A stretch of 63,678 bases of DNA, filler included, from Octopus bimaculoides (taxonomy: Eukaryota), in assembly GCF_001194135.2 (NCBI RefSeq). It is 5 parts of 5 records of this genome, joined end to end, with 100 filler letters (N's around TTAATTAATTAA, not from the genome) between each part and the next. Parts side by side here need not be neighbours in the genome. Positions count along the whole stretch, not along the records: positions 1 to 20,249 come from NC_068993.1; positions 20,350 to 43,898 come from NC_068990.1; 3 more parts are not named here. One strand, 5' to 3'. Within the stretch, counting starts at the first letter, position 1; every line of letters begins with the position of its first letter. A program made the position numbers and the translations under genes. This document shows positions 11,557 to 24,446 of this stretch, piece by piece. A model generated the notes under the pieces. It saw only the letters and a list, made by a program, of their open reading frames with translations, did not search any database and was not told the origin of the DNA.

Positions 11557-14500
11557 GTATGCTGATTTTATTAAAAGAAATAATATTTTTATGCTCAGGT
11601 GTATTAAGATGTTTCTAAAATTAAATCATATAAATATAATCTGAACTGCTAGAGCCTTTAGAATGCTGCTCTGAACTGGAAAAAGGTTCATATAACTTTC
11701 ACTACAATTTATGAAAGCGAGATGTCAATATTATGAAATGTTTTCGAATAAGACTTACAGACATGCCCATCGAAAGCTAAACATACATGCGCACGCGCAG
11801 ACACACACATACACACACACACACACACANNNNNNNNNNNNNNNNNNNNNNNNNNNNNNNNNNNNNNNNNNNNNNNNNNNNNNNNNNNNNNNNNNNNNNN
11901 NNNNNNNNNNNNNNNNNNNNNNNNNNNNNNNNNNNNNNNNNNNNNNNNNNNNNNNNNNNNNNNNNNNNNNNNNNNNNNNNNNNNNNNNNNNNNNNNNNNN
12001 NNNNNNNNNNNNNNNNNNNNNNNNNNNNNNNNNNNNNNNNNNNNNNNNNNNNNNNNNNNNNNNNNNNNNNNNNNNNNNNNNNNNNNNNNNNNNNNNNNNN
12101 NNNNNNNNNNNNNNNNNNNNNNNNNNNNNNNNNNNNNNNNNNNNNNNNNNNNNNNNNNNNNNNNNNNNNNNNNNNNNNNNNNNNNNNNNNNNNNNNNNNN
12201 NNNNNNNNNNNNNNNNNNNNNNNNNNNNNNNNNNNNNNNNNNNNNNNNNNNNNNNNNNNNNNNNNNNNNNNNNNNNNNNNNNNNNNNNNNNNNNNNNNNN
12301 NNNNNNNNNNNNNNNNNNNNNNNNNNNNNNNNNNNNNNNNNNNNNNNNNNNNNNNNNNNNNNNNNNNNNNNNNNNNNNNNNNNNNNNNNNNNNNNNNNNN
12401 NNNNNNNNNNNNNNNNNNNNNNNNNNNNNNNNNNNNNNNNNNNNNNNNNNNNNNNNNNNNNNNNNNNNNNNNNNNNNNNNNNNNNNNNNNNNNNNNNNNN
12501 NNNNNNNNNNNNNNNNNNNNNNNNNNNNNNNNNNNNNNNNNNNNNNNNNNNNNNNNNNNNNNNNNNNNNNNNNNNNNNNNNNNNNNNNNNNTGTGCGTGC
12601 GTGTGTGTGTGCGTGCGTGTGTGTGTGCGTGCGTGTGTGTGTGTGTGTCTGTGTATGTATATTTATATATATATATGTGCATATGTGTGTGTGTGCGCGT
12701 GTGTGCGCGTGTGTGTGTTGACGTTTCTGTGCGTATGTATTTGTGTGCATGTGCATATGTTCATCAGTGCATGCATATCATTTGTATACTACACAGAGTA
12801 GTACCAGAGTGAAGTTTGAGCTGACACGAAAGCATGAATATCAATATGATTAATTATCTCATCACCACATTCTTTGTAATGTTCTTGTATACAATCCAAT
12901 TAATCATCCTATGATGTAAAATGATATCTCTTGGGTGCTGGTTAACAAGCTGAGCAACGAACAGCTTGTGTTCTCACTAACACACAACTGCATGCACAGC
13001 TAATATTCTAAATGTTCTAATGGTCTTAGCCTTTAACGGCTTCATTGAAAGTAGAGTGGAATACTGCACTTGTGAGGCCATTCAGTAAAATCAACAAATG
13101 TAGCAGCGATTTTCATTGAAGAGTTGAAAATCTTGTGTGAGGCTCTGAAAATAGTCACAGTTTCATTTTTGGTTAAAGCATCGAAACATATTGGAAATAT
13201 GTGACCTACCACATCCACAATTTAATGACTAAATGATGTCGAAGTCGGGTGGGGGAGGTTTTCATTAACGTTCTTATGAGCATAAATTATGTATTTTTGA
13301 TGTTAGTTTATTCTTTTCGATTCTGCAGAAGCACAGAAGATTGTTCTCTTACGACTTCAAAAGTCAGTGTACTTGGCAAGGATACCTGTAGTCGTTTAAA
13401 AATGCAAAGAGTAAGTCTAGCCAATCACTGTAGTTATACGTTACAATGGTAACAAGTTGCTGCTACTATTTTACCTGCTACATGAACCATGACAGAATAT
13501 GTCTGCAATCAAATGCATTCTAGTGAGATGTACCTCGTCTTTTCTATTATCCAGTAGTGTATCCTTTACCAAGACCTTAGATTTTTGCTTTAGATTTTGT
13601 TACCATCTCTAGCAGGTGATAAGGTCACGATGATATTCCCTTGTGAGTTTAGTAGTTAATTGGCGATTTGTATGATGTATGCATGCCTTAAGACGAGGCC
13701 ATAAAACTTATGTCTCCCACGGCAATAATGACGAGATATCAAGGAAATGTGAAGCAATGACTTGTCGGCTGCGAGGTCGTCGTTATACCTCTCGATGCAC
13801 CATAACACTGATCGAAACTTTCTGGTACCTGTAGATATTTTCATTCAGACATTTCCACATTTCATTATATTCTCGTATGGCTTTCAAGTTCGTATAATTT
13901 CCAAGTTATATCGAATTTAGCAATGCCTATTGTTACTGTTCTTTTTTTTAAGACAAGATTAGAAAGCAAAAATATTTCTACGGAAACAATAAAGTTATTT
14001 ATTTAGACAATAATTGTTTTAATATATTAGTTATAATACTTTACAAGGTATTTCCATGACATTTTAGACTACTACAGATTGAGCAAGCTAGCAATACAAC
14101 GTTTATATAAGAAATCAATAATCTTTTGTATGAACACTAGCTTATAATTACTTCATCAGTTTCAAGATGGTAACAGCTGTAGCAAATCTGAACTTCAGCA
14201 GAAATATTTGCTGCCGAAATGGATGACAAAATGTGTGTGATAGCAATTTCTCTGCTAGTAATGGACAATTTCAATTGATATATACAGGTGATAATGATGA
14301 TAATCTTCATTCTAAATTTCACTATTTCCGTTTAACCCATTGAATATCAAAGTATACACCGTTGTCTGGAGCGAGACACAGGAAGATATATTTGTTCTGT
14401 ATATAGTTCCTTTTAGAAGTATATAATTTGGTTGCGTGCACGTCAGCATCTGTTATTGAATATTACTCTATGCTCAAATGGATATAGAAACGTTTAATAA

Positions 14501-14624
14501 TAAGATATTCACGTTGAGGAAAATAGAGAATGAACGAAAAGCAGGATTGAAAAAAGATAGCGAAAAGATCTAGATGATTTCCGACATAAACAGAGGGCCT
14601 CAAATGTAGGCGGGTGGAGTTAGT

Positions 14625-14735
14625 TGTTTAGATCATTCCAGTATTTGACTGGTACTCTATCGATCTCGGAGGAATGTAGAGGAAATTGGCAGTCGGCATA
14701 TTCAAACGCAGAACGTGAAGTGCTACAGCTAAATA
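14625..14735 (-). mobile_element. Old, diverged SINE B-like fragment
   Basis: ctggtactctatcgatctcggaggaatg...ttcaaacgcagaacgtgaag resembles the reverse complement of SINE B. Confidence 0.4.
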
Positions 14736-16880
14736 ACGTAGGACAATTTGTCTGATACTTTGAACGATTCTGCCAAGCAACCACATCGAATGAAGGATTT
14801 AACTTGAAGATAAATTACTGGGAATGCGAGAATGATAAAAATTGTGAGACATAAAGTTGCTTCTAAAATTAACGCAGACTGGGAAGAATGAGGGAGATAA
14901 AAAATTGGACAGTTCACATCTACGACAGTGCATGGATTTTTTCCTTGTGCAGAAGTACAATATCAAACCCATTATGCTTATAGCAGTTTGCTGTTTTCTG
15001 TAGTAATGTCCTACCAGTTCTCTTTATTTTTAAATGTATGATTACATTCTGGTTTTGGTATCACTTTGGTCTAGCCATCGAGATTATGGAAATAATTTTG
15101 GCAAAATATGTCGCATGGGAACATTTTTGGGCAGCTGCTGATTTTATGGATTATATCGTTTAGACTAGTAAGATGCAGTTGACATTTGCAATCACAACTC
15201 AGAAGGTTTGAGACATACATTCTTATATCGCTTAAAGATTGGAAATTATTGAATAACGGTTCAATAATTCCTGTAGAACGAATGCTTATCATTCTTGCCT
15301 ACATGATGTGAAGCAGAACTCAAGTGCCGTTTCTATTGATCTTATACATCTCTTACCATTTGTCTGCTGCATATGTTCATGTATGTTTTCGTAAGTTTCC
15401 CTGAATGCTACTCATGTAACTCAGCAAAACCCAAAAGACTATCCGGCTAGTATATCAGCCTAAAAAAAAAAAAAATCTATCAAGTGAACAAATGAACCAA
15501 GCACCAGATTAGTCAAAGACTACGAAGTAGTGGTGCACATGAAAGAGTAGACCTCGTCATTTCTAAAAGGCATCATTACAAAATTGCACACCCAAAATTT
15601 ACTGCAAATGTGATTACCAATCTAATTCCGTCGCAGGATATCTTACATAGGTAGATAAAACTATCTAGAAAATGAAAAATACTTGAAAGAAAACACATAT
15701 ATGCTTACAGTTACGGAGACGTATTCTCTCTCCTATTCTTGTACTAGAATGCAATTTGCTGTCATTTCCAACTCACACTTTCACCTCTTATCGGCATTTT
15801 CGACTGCAGCTCTTTTCAGGTATTTATCGCATTCTATACCTGTCTGCTATTTCGCATTTTATATTATTTTATTTTCCTTGTTCGGGAATTAGTTACAAAC
15901 GGCTTACATTATATTTTTTCATCCCCTATATCTCATTTCAAAGGTATCAATAACTAAAATACCTTTCTTTTGGTCGGTGACGTTACTAGGAAAAGTGGTT
16001 CTGTTGTAAGGTGCCGAAACTGCAGCAATCCCCAATCGATTACTGATGAGAGGCAATTTTCTGCTTAAATTCATATACATAAATATATACATACATCCAT
16101 GCATATACATTTGGTTTGCAAGATTCTTGATGTGAATTCGTGTGTTGAAAGAAATAAAATTGAACCTTGGGTGGAGGGCATTATGCAGGTAATAATAAAC
16201 ACATGTACTGGTTCGGTCCTTTATAGTTATTGTTAGTTAATGGGTTAGTTACTCCACTAACAAATTTATCGATCAGATGTTTTTTTGACTAGTTTTTCTA
16301 ACTCTTGTCTTAAACACTTTGGTCAAACTGTTAATCGATAGTTCAAATGTTCAGTATTGTTCATGTTGTCATTTCTTTTTTTGTCGAATAATTATTTCAT
16401 CGCATTGTTGCAATCTCTTCAGTGACACGTCTCTACTTCCATTTCTTTTGAACTTATGTTCCAGCGTTGGGATTTGTCTAAGATCTGTCCGAGATGAGTA
16501 TGTGAGTGCGTGTATATCTGTATGTGTATGTGTTTGTAGGTAAGTGCGTGCATCCGTATGTGTGTGTTTTTTAAATACTGACTTAAGTTGTTTTCCATAT
16601 ACATATGATAGCGATTTTGGCTTTCTCTTTGTTTTCTTCGCAAACGCACACGTTCATCCATATAACGTTTCTCTTCTTTGATAAATGTTGAATAAATTGA
16701 TATCTATCTGTGTGTGAGTATGAGCATGCGCGTGTGTCCGTATGTGTATGAGAGGGCACGTGTGTAGGAGCATGTGTGTGAGTGTTAAGATTAATGTAAT
16801 ATAAAGCTGAAGCAAATTAACACCAAATATACAGTGCGTGTGTTTTTATTGGCTAAACTGGCAATATGACCATCCCCAAG

Positions 16881-16916
<36 letters not shown>

Positions 16917-17770
16917 NNNNNNNNNNNNNNNNNNNNNNNNNNNNNNNNNNNNNNNNNNNNNNNNNNNNNNNNNNNNNNNNNNNNNNNNNNNNNNNNNNNN
17001 NNNNNNNNNNNNNNNNNNNNNNNNNNNNNNNNNNNNNNNNNNNNNNNNNNNNNNNNNNNNNNNNNNNNNNNNNNNNNNNNNNNNNNNNNNNNNNNNNNNN
17101 NNNNNNNNNNNNNNNNNNNNNNNNNNNNNNNNNNNNNNNNNNNNNNNNNNNNNNNNNNNNNNNNNNNNNNNNNNNNNNNNNNNNNNNNNNNNNNNNNNNN
17201 NNNNNNNNNNNNNNNNNNNNNNNNNNNNNNNNNNNNNNNNNNNNNNNNNNNNNNNNNNNNNNNNNNNNNNNNNNNNNNNNNNNNNNNNNNNNNNNNNNNN
17301 NNNNNNNNNNNNNNNNNNNNNNNNNNNNNNNNNNNNNNNNNNNNNNNNNNNNNNNNNNNNNNNNNNNNNNNNNNNNNNNNNNNNNNNNNNNNNNNNNNNN
17401 NNNNNNNNNNNNNNNNNNNNNNNNNNNNNNNNNNNNNNNNNNNNNNNNNNNNNNNNNNNNNNNNNNNNNNNNNNNNNNNNNNNNNNNNNNNNNNNNNNNN
17501 NNNNNNNNNNNNNNNNNNNNNNNNNNNNNNNNNNNNNNNNNNNNNNNNNNNNNNNNNNNNNNNNNNNNNNNNNNNNNNNNNNNNNNNNNNNNNNNNNNNN
17601 NNNNNNNNNNNNNNNNNNNNNNNNNNNNNNNNNNNNNNNNNNNNNNNNNNNNNNNNNNNNNNNNNNNNNNNNNNNNNNNNNNNNNNNNNNNNNNNNNNNN
17701 NNNNNNNNNNNNNNNNNNNNNNNNNNNNNNNNNNNNNNNNNNNNNNNNNNNNNNNNNNNNNNNNNNNNNN

Positions 17771-17894
17771 GGAGCCTCGTGGAGCTTTAGGTGTTTTCGC
17801 TCAATAAACACTCATACCGCCCGGTCTGGGAATCGAAACCGCGATCCTATGACCGTGAGTCCGCTGTCCTAACCACTGGCCATTGCGCCTCCAC
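17771..17894 (-). mobile_element. tRNA-derived SINE family E (5' part)
   Basis: The reverse complement ggaggcgcaatggccagtggttagg...ggtttcgattccc has A- and B-boxes followed by a non-tRNA body (gtgtttattgagcgaaaacacct). The 3' part lies in a gap. Confidence 0.8.
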
Positions 17895-17929
17895 ACGCAC
17901 ACACATATATATATATATTATAGCACAGT

Positions 17930-18076
17930 TACTGCTTACCAAATTCCACTCACTACGTTTTGGTGAGCAGGGCATGAGGCTGAAGTGGAAAAGAGCAACC
18001 CATGATGCCGCGCAATGGAACGGAACCCGAATCCACGTGTTATCGGAAGAAGCGTCGAAACCACATAGCGTCACCT
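17930..18076 (-). mobile_element. Diverged SINE A head
   Basis: aattccactcac...ggaacggaacccgaatccacgtg...aaccacatagc matches the reverse complement of the A head. Confidence 0.55.
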
Positions 18077-18290
18077 CCAGATTCTATTATGTCTTAGCAT
18101 TCGTGAGTAAGGCCCGCTTTCTTTTCATTGATACGACCTGTAAATTGAGTATTCAATATTTCAGAGCATTTGGCATTTGGGGTTCCTTACGAAAACGATT
18201 TCTGCCATGTTTTCACACCTTCATATAAATTCTTCAATGTAACGTATTGATATTGTTGTATAATAACTTTACCTTAACACGTCTTTTCAG

Positions 18291-18460
18291 GTCCCTACTG
18301 TGAAGCAGAAATTAACGAATGTGCATGGTTCCCATGTCTCAACGGAGGTAGTTGTCTGGATGGTCACGCGTCATTTTTATGTATCTGTCCTGCAAAATAT
18401 ACAGGGTCTATGTGTGAACGAGAAGTCAATGTTTGTGACAGTTCTCCTTGTTTAAATCAG
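18291..18460 (+). CDS. Internal exon (phase 1-0, 170 nt) of the same EGF-repeat protein
   Basis: Acceptor gtcttttcag, donor CAG|gttggt. Translates (G)PYCEAEINECAWFPCLNGGSCLDGHASFLCICPAKYTGSMCEREVNVCDSSPCLNQ, i.e. one full cbEGF and the start of the next. Confidence 0.93.
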
Positions 18461-19860
18461 GTTGGTGATACATATCAATTTAATATTCATGAATGCAGCG
18501 TAACACATACAGTTAAATTGGATATTAGTAGCATATACGAAGGGAATATACGATATCTGGGCAAAAGATTAGTGATCCTTAATTCATTCTTCGTAGATAT
18601 GTTTTAGTGCATATGAGAGATTTCTATATTCACAAACATCTAACTGGATTATCACCATCCTTGTAATGGTATTGCGCAATATTTTATCAACAGGGAATGG
18701 CTGTAAGAATTAACAAAGTTGGATGGATAAATTGTCATGTTTTATATTTCTAAGATTTTTCGAACTTTTTAATCAGGCACTATACCATGGCGAGGAAAGG
18801 AATGATATATAGATACAATAAGATACATCGATATTAATTCAATAAGAGTAAGAAATATGGAGCAGATATTTTTCTAATATTTGGAGTAGGGCTCGCCTTG
18901 TGCTAAAATTTGAACTAATATAAGTCGTAGGAACTAGTATTTCTGAGTTTGAGAGAGGTAGGTATAAAGCCTAATCTTCCGGAGGTATATTATCTTGGAA
19001 ATAACCGCTGACTGCAAGTGAACAAAATTATTATCTTTTATTAATTTTGAGCTATTTTAGTAAATAAAGTGTAGATCTCTATTTACGATCCAAGCTGTTA
19101 ATGGTATCGTCAATGGGATACTTACCAGATGTTTATTTGGATTTGATTGTTTCAGTTATTGCTGCTGAATATAAATGAATCTTGATCATCTCAGCTGTTC
19201 TTCTCTTGGACACTGTTAGCAAAGAATAAATGAAAAACTAATACATTCAAAATTAAATATATTGCGATAATAGTCTATAATTGTCTGTGCACTTGAGGAC
19301 ATGCATACCTACCTACAAACATACATACATACATACATCAATGGAACTGTAAAAATATGTAAAACTTGCCAAAAATGTAGCACATAAATACATATGCATA
19401 CGCCTAGACATGAACATATATACATAAAAACGCATCCATAAAACAAACATACAAATCTGCGCATACACTAGCACCAAATACTGCACACACACATATGCAC
19501 AAATACCTAGATGATGTTGATAAAAGTTCCAATGAAGGAGCCTTGAANNNNNNNNNNTAGAGTCCGGCTCTTTCTCTATGGACAAGAAATACAGAAATAA
19601 AACTGATTGATAACATACATACATACATACATTCATGTATACATACATACATACATACATACATACATACATGCATAAATACATGTGATGTTAGTAACAT
19701 CGATCATAAAAGCAGTTTATGAAGGACCAACAGCCGGATTACTACCTCCTACTTCGAAGGGTATGAAATCCAGGAACAGGAAATATTAACCTGATGCATA
19801 AAAGAGATAGAGATGCNNNNNNNNNNCATACATACATACATGCATAAATACATGTGATGT

Positions 19861-20200
19861 TAGTAACATCGATCATCAAAGCAGTTTATGAAGGACCAAC
19901 AGCCGGATCACTACCTCCTACTTCGAAGGGTATGCAATCCAGGAACAGGAAATATTAACCTGATGCATAAAAGAGATAGAGATGCAGAACGAGTCGTAAA
20001 ATATGACAACCGATGCAGACTTTGTGGAGGGCGTACTAAAGTTGCCATCCACCTCAGGAGCAGCTGTCCGAAAATGTCATCACGGTATGATCTACCGGTG
20101 AGACATAACTTTGTAGGTAAGACACTCTATAATGAAATCCGTTGGAAGAATAATCCCGAGGACAAAGAAATAAAACCCCAGAATATGGTAGAAACTCTTC
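19861..20200 (+). mobile_element. R4/Dong-like (restriction-like endonuclease) non-LTR retrotransposon fragment
   Basis: FEGYAIQEQEI...CRLCGGRTKVAIHLRSSCPKMSSRYDLPVRHNFV contains a CCHC knuckle (C-x2-C-x8-H-x4-C) followed by RHN, typical of R2/R4-group ORFs. Confidence 0.75.
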
Positions 20201-20249
20201 GCTCTTCGCTCTTGGAGAGAAAGGAGCACAGAAATAAACAGGGAGAGAA

Positions 20250-20349
20250 NNNNNNNNNNNNNNNNNNNNNNNNNNNNNNNNNNNNNNNNNNNNTTAATTA
20301 ATTAANNNNNNNNNNNNNNNNNNNNNNNNNNNNNNNNNNNNNNNNNNNN
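20250..20349. other. Artificial scaffold spacer 44N-TTAATTAATTAA-44N
   Basis: Exactly 100 bp; the palindromic 12-mer gives stops in all six frames. The same design recurs at 43899, 57252 and 62364. Confidence 0.95.
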
Positions 20350-20422
20350 TATATATATGTATCTACATATTGATATATATACATATTGATATGTATACAT
20401 ATATGTATGTATCTACATATTG

Positions 20423-20453
<31 letters not shown>

Positions 20454-20509
20454 CAATATATTTACATACGCACATATATACACACAAAAACGCACACACA
20501 CGTATGTCT

Positions 20510-20551
<42 letters not shown>

Positions 20552-21169
20552 GCAAACATATGTGTGTGTAGCTATGTTTGCGAAATACTTTTGCATGCAC
20601 AGCGTATTTACAGTTAAATAAAATCTGGACCAGACCAATAAATAAACATTTTTCGTCGCTTGTCTGACTGAACTCATTATATTAGTCAATTTAAAACTCC
20701 CAAGAAAACAGCTAATTAAAAATCTCCCCGTTGCCTTCACTCTTTTCGTGTGAACCGTCATCCAGTCACACCTAATGACTAATTTAGGTTTACATGCTAT
20801 TTGGGGTCGCCCTGGTTTAATTTTTGCACCCTTTCTGCAATTCTTTGAATGCTTTAGCAATATGATTATCACACATTCAAATGTTTAGTGTATGCATTAT
20901 TGTTGTAGTTGTCGTCGTTGTCGTTGTTGTTCTTTTTCTTCTTCTTCTTCTTGCTGTTGTTCTGCTCGCTGTTCCTTGTGTTCTACTTCTTATCTTTAAT
21001 CTTTTGCTTGTTTTAGTCGTTGGACCGTGGTCATACTGAGGCACCGTCTAGAAGTGTTTGATCGAGCAAATCGACCCCAGTAATTATTATCAAGCCCTGA
21101 CGGTGGACAAACGCAACCATGAAGACACCTGCACACACCTGCACACACACACATACACACACGCACATA

Positions 21170-21219
<50 letters not shown>

Positions 21220-21744
21220 CATATATATTCTCACTNNNNNNNNNNNNNNNNNNNNNNNNNNNNNNNNNNNNNNNNNNNNNNNNNNNNNNNNNNNNNNNNN
21301 NNNNNNNNNNNNNNNNNNNNNNNNNNNNNNNNNNNNNNNNNNNNNNNNNNNNNNNNNNNNNNNNNNNNNNNNNNNNNNNNNNNNNNNNNNNNNNNNNNNN
21401 NNNNNNNNNNNNNNNNNNNNNNNNNNNNNNNNNNNNNNNNNNNNNNNNNNNNNNNNNNNNNNNNNNNNNNNNNNNNNNNNNNNNNNNNNNNNNNNNNNNN
21501 NNNNNNNNNNNNNNNNNNNNNNNNNNNNNNNNNNNNNNNNNNNNNNNNNNNNNNNNNNNNNNNNNNNNNNNNNNNNNNNNNNNNNNNNNNNNNNNNNNNN
21601 NNNNNNNNNNNNNNNNNNNNNNNNNNNNNNNNNNNNNNNNNNNNNNNNNNNNNNNNNNNNNNNNNNNNNNNNNNNNNNNNNNNNNNNNNNNNNNNNNNNN
21701 NNNNNNNNNNNNNNNNNNNNNNNNNNNNNNNNNNNNNNNNNNAT

Positions 21745-21776
<32 letters not shown>

Positions 21777-22057
21777 AAATATATATATATATATATGTAC
21801 ATATGCCTATGTATGTACTTATTTGGACTTTGGGTATATGTCTATTAGTATATCGATTAAAACACTTTCACCTTTTGTACTACCTGATATCATTCAAAGT
21901 TGTGTTAGAATTTGCACTGGATCTACTTCAGAATTCCGCAGTATTCGTTTGAATGGATAAGGGAAACGGAAAATGGATTTGGTACGAATCTTTGTTAAAG
22001 TTTTTTACCAAAACTATTATCCGTTTCTCGTATCAATTATGTGCATAAGTATTTATA

Positions 22058-22093
<36 letters not shown>

Positions 22094-22259
22094 GTTGAAA
22101 TTTAGGAGAAACAAAAGACGAGGACAGGTGTATGAACCACAATCAGGTGTATTAATTTGACGCTCGGGAAAGTGAGAAAGTCTTTTATATTTCGAGCCTA
22201 CGCTCTTCAGCAGAAAGGAATAAGAGGAAATAAACAGAGAGAGAGAATGAAAGAAACGT

Positions 22260-22420
22260 ACGGTGGGCTTCTTTCAGTTTTCGTCTACTAAATCCATTCT
22301 GAAGGCTTTGGTCGGCCCGGTGCTATAGCAGAAGACACTAGCCCAAGACGTCACGCAGAGGAACTGAACCCAGAACCACGTCGCTGGGAAACAAATTTCT
22401 TACCACTCAGCCACACTTGT
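22260..22420 (-). mobile_element. SINE A head
   Basis: gggcttctttcagttttcgtctactaaatcc...agaagacactagcccaag...ttaccactcagccacac. Confidence 0.8.
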
Positions 22421-22436
22421 GCTTATTAACGTCGCT

Positions 22437-22630
22437 GATGATGACGATGGGGATGATGGTGGTGAGGGTGATGATGATGATGGTGATGATTATGATGATG
22501 ATGATGATGATTATGACGATGATGTCGACGGTAATGACGATGATGATGACGATGACGATGATGTTGACGGTGATGGTGTTGTTGTTGGTGGTGGTGGTGT
22601 TGGTGGTGGCGGGGCTGGTGCTGGTGGTAG
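22437..22630. repeat. Compound trinucleotide repeat (GAT/GAC grading into GGT)
   Basis: Directly visible; no splice context. Confidence 0.9.
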
Positions 22631-22975
22631 CAATGAAATTGGCAGGAGGTTTTATAAAATGCTGCTAGCTTGATCGAGACAAGTTATTATTGTGGCAAGC
22701 TGAATGTTGATTTTTCAGGTTGAATTTCATTGGGTAATGTTTCTTTATGTTCAGATTAACAGCTACAAAAGATACACAAACAATGTTTATGCTACATTAA
22801 ATACTATATAAAGGAAAGCAATGCCGTTTCCTTAGTATATTTTTGCTAACTTTGTGTTTATTTATGTTCTTGTTAGTTCATCTTCTGTGAATATTTGAAT
22901 TAGTATGGGTTTGACTGTCTGTAGGCTTGGCTTGCCTTCGTGTATACATTTATGTGTGTCTTGATCTGTATATCT

Positions 22976-23297
22976 GTGTGGCTGAGTATTTATTGTGTTC
23001 GGCTAATGCTCGTAAGGTGGCGAGTTCTATTCTCAGTGGTGCATTGTGTCCTTGAGCAAGACACTTTATTTCTCCATTCTCCAGTCTACTCAGCTGGCAA
23101 AAATGAGTAGTACTTGTATTTCAAAGGGCCAGCCTTCTCACATTCTGTGTCTGACCGAATCACCCTGAGAATCACATTAAGGGTACACGTGTCTGTGGAG
23201 TGGTCAGCCATTTACTTGCACGGTAATTTCACGAACAGGCTGTTCCGTTGATCGGATTAACTAGAACCCTCGTCGTCATAACCGATGGATGTCAGTT
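22976..23297 (+). mobile_element. SINE family C, near full length
   Basis: Degenerate tRNA head, then gtgtccttgagcaagacactt, cagctggcaaaaatgagtagtac and the tail caggctgttccgttgatcgg...accctcgtcgtc. Confidence 0.75.
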
Positions 23298-23493
23298 GTG
23301 TGGGTGTGTGTGCGTGTGTGTGTGTGCGTGTGTGTGTGTGCGTGTGTGTGTGTTTAAAGCATTGTGGACACTATGATTGTATAATTGTTTCATTTCTTAT
23401 ATATTATGATTACCACCACACGTCACAATAAATTCTACTGCAGCTACAACAGCCATTATTCTTCTGTAAATACTGTTACAACTACCATTTCAG

Positions 23494-23526
<33 letters not shown>

Positions 23527-23861
23527 TTACAACTACAAATAAGATCACTGAAAAATGTTCTTTTGCATATTTATTGCAATGATGTTAATAACACGACAAT
23601 GACGACGACGACGACGACGACGATGATGATGATGATGGTATGGAAGAGGAGGAGGAGAAGTATCTAAGGTGATTGCTGTGGAAGTAATTGGGTGCTTATA
23701 AGTGTGATTGTAAAGGCCAAAGAAAATTCCTACGGCGACATCCAGGTATGTGATAAACATACCTATTTCTGCATATATATATTTGGAAGGTAAAAACACT
23801 CACACATATTGAGAGATCTCTATCTATCTCTCTCTCTCTCACACACACTATCTATCTAAAT

Positions 23862-23935
<74 letters not shown>

Positions 23936-24192
23936 NNNNNNNNNNNNNNNNNNNNNNNNNNNNNNNNNNNNNNNNNNNNNNNNNNNNNNNNNNNNNNNNN
24001 NNNNNNNNNNNNNNNNNNNNNNNNNNNNNNNNNNNNNNNNNNNNNNNNNNNNNNNNNNNNNNNNNNNNNNNNNNNNNNNNNNNNCGATTGATAATGTATT
24101 GGACTACCTACGCATCAGTCAAGAGTTCAAATCGGGTATTGGCATTTTTTATTTTTATTTTTGTTTCCGGTTCAACTATGAATTATACGTAA

Positions 24193-24446
24193 GGCGGCGA
24201 GCTGGCAGAAACATAAGCACGCCGGGCGAAATGCTTAGCGGTATTTCGTCTGCCACTGCGTTCTGAGTTCAAATTCCGCCGAGGTCGACTTTGCCTTTCA
24301 TCCTTTCGGGGTCGATAAATTAAGTACCAGTTACGTACTTGGGTCGATATAATCGACTTAATCCGTTTGTCTGTCCTTGTTTGTCCCCTCTGTGTGTAGG
24401 CCCTTGTGGGCAGTAAAGAAATAGGTATTTCGTCTTTCTTTACGTA
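24193..24446 (+). mobile_element. SINE family B (B1 subtype)
   Basis: ggcggcgagctggcagaa A-box head, gagttcaaattcc B-box, central gtcgactttgcctttcatcctttcggggtcgataaattaagtacc, tail ttgtgggcagtaaagaaatag. Confidence 0.88.

Noticed and set aside
13329-13410. AG...GTAAGT-bounded segment inside the EGF intron
   Set aside because: 82 nt would shift the frame between two phase-1 junctions, and the translation has no EGF character.
17820-17894. tRNA gene (also the heads of the A, B and C copies)
   Set aside because: A/B boxes are present but there is no complete cloverleaf, and each continues into a SINE body.
11434-18460. Assigning the symbol Notch
   Set aside because: Only about three EGF repeats are visible, the motifs are shared by many EGF-array proteins, and the EGF12-like repeat is atypical for Notch.
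19660-19985. Tandem duplication of about 160 bp with 3 substitutions
   Set aside because: The copies directly flank a 10-N gap, the typical signature of overlapping contig ends from two alleles.
22417-22673. Poly-Asp/Gly and poly-Met ORFs; likewise poly-Asn at 28088-28282 and poly-Leu/Ile at 29755-29992
   Set aside because: Trinucleotide repeats with no splice signals or flanking coding context.
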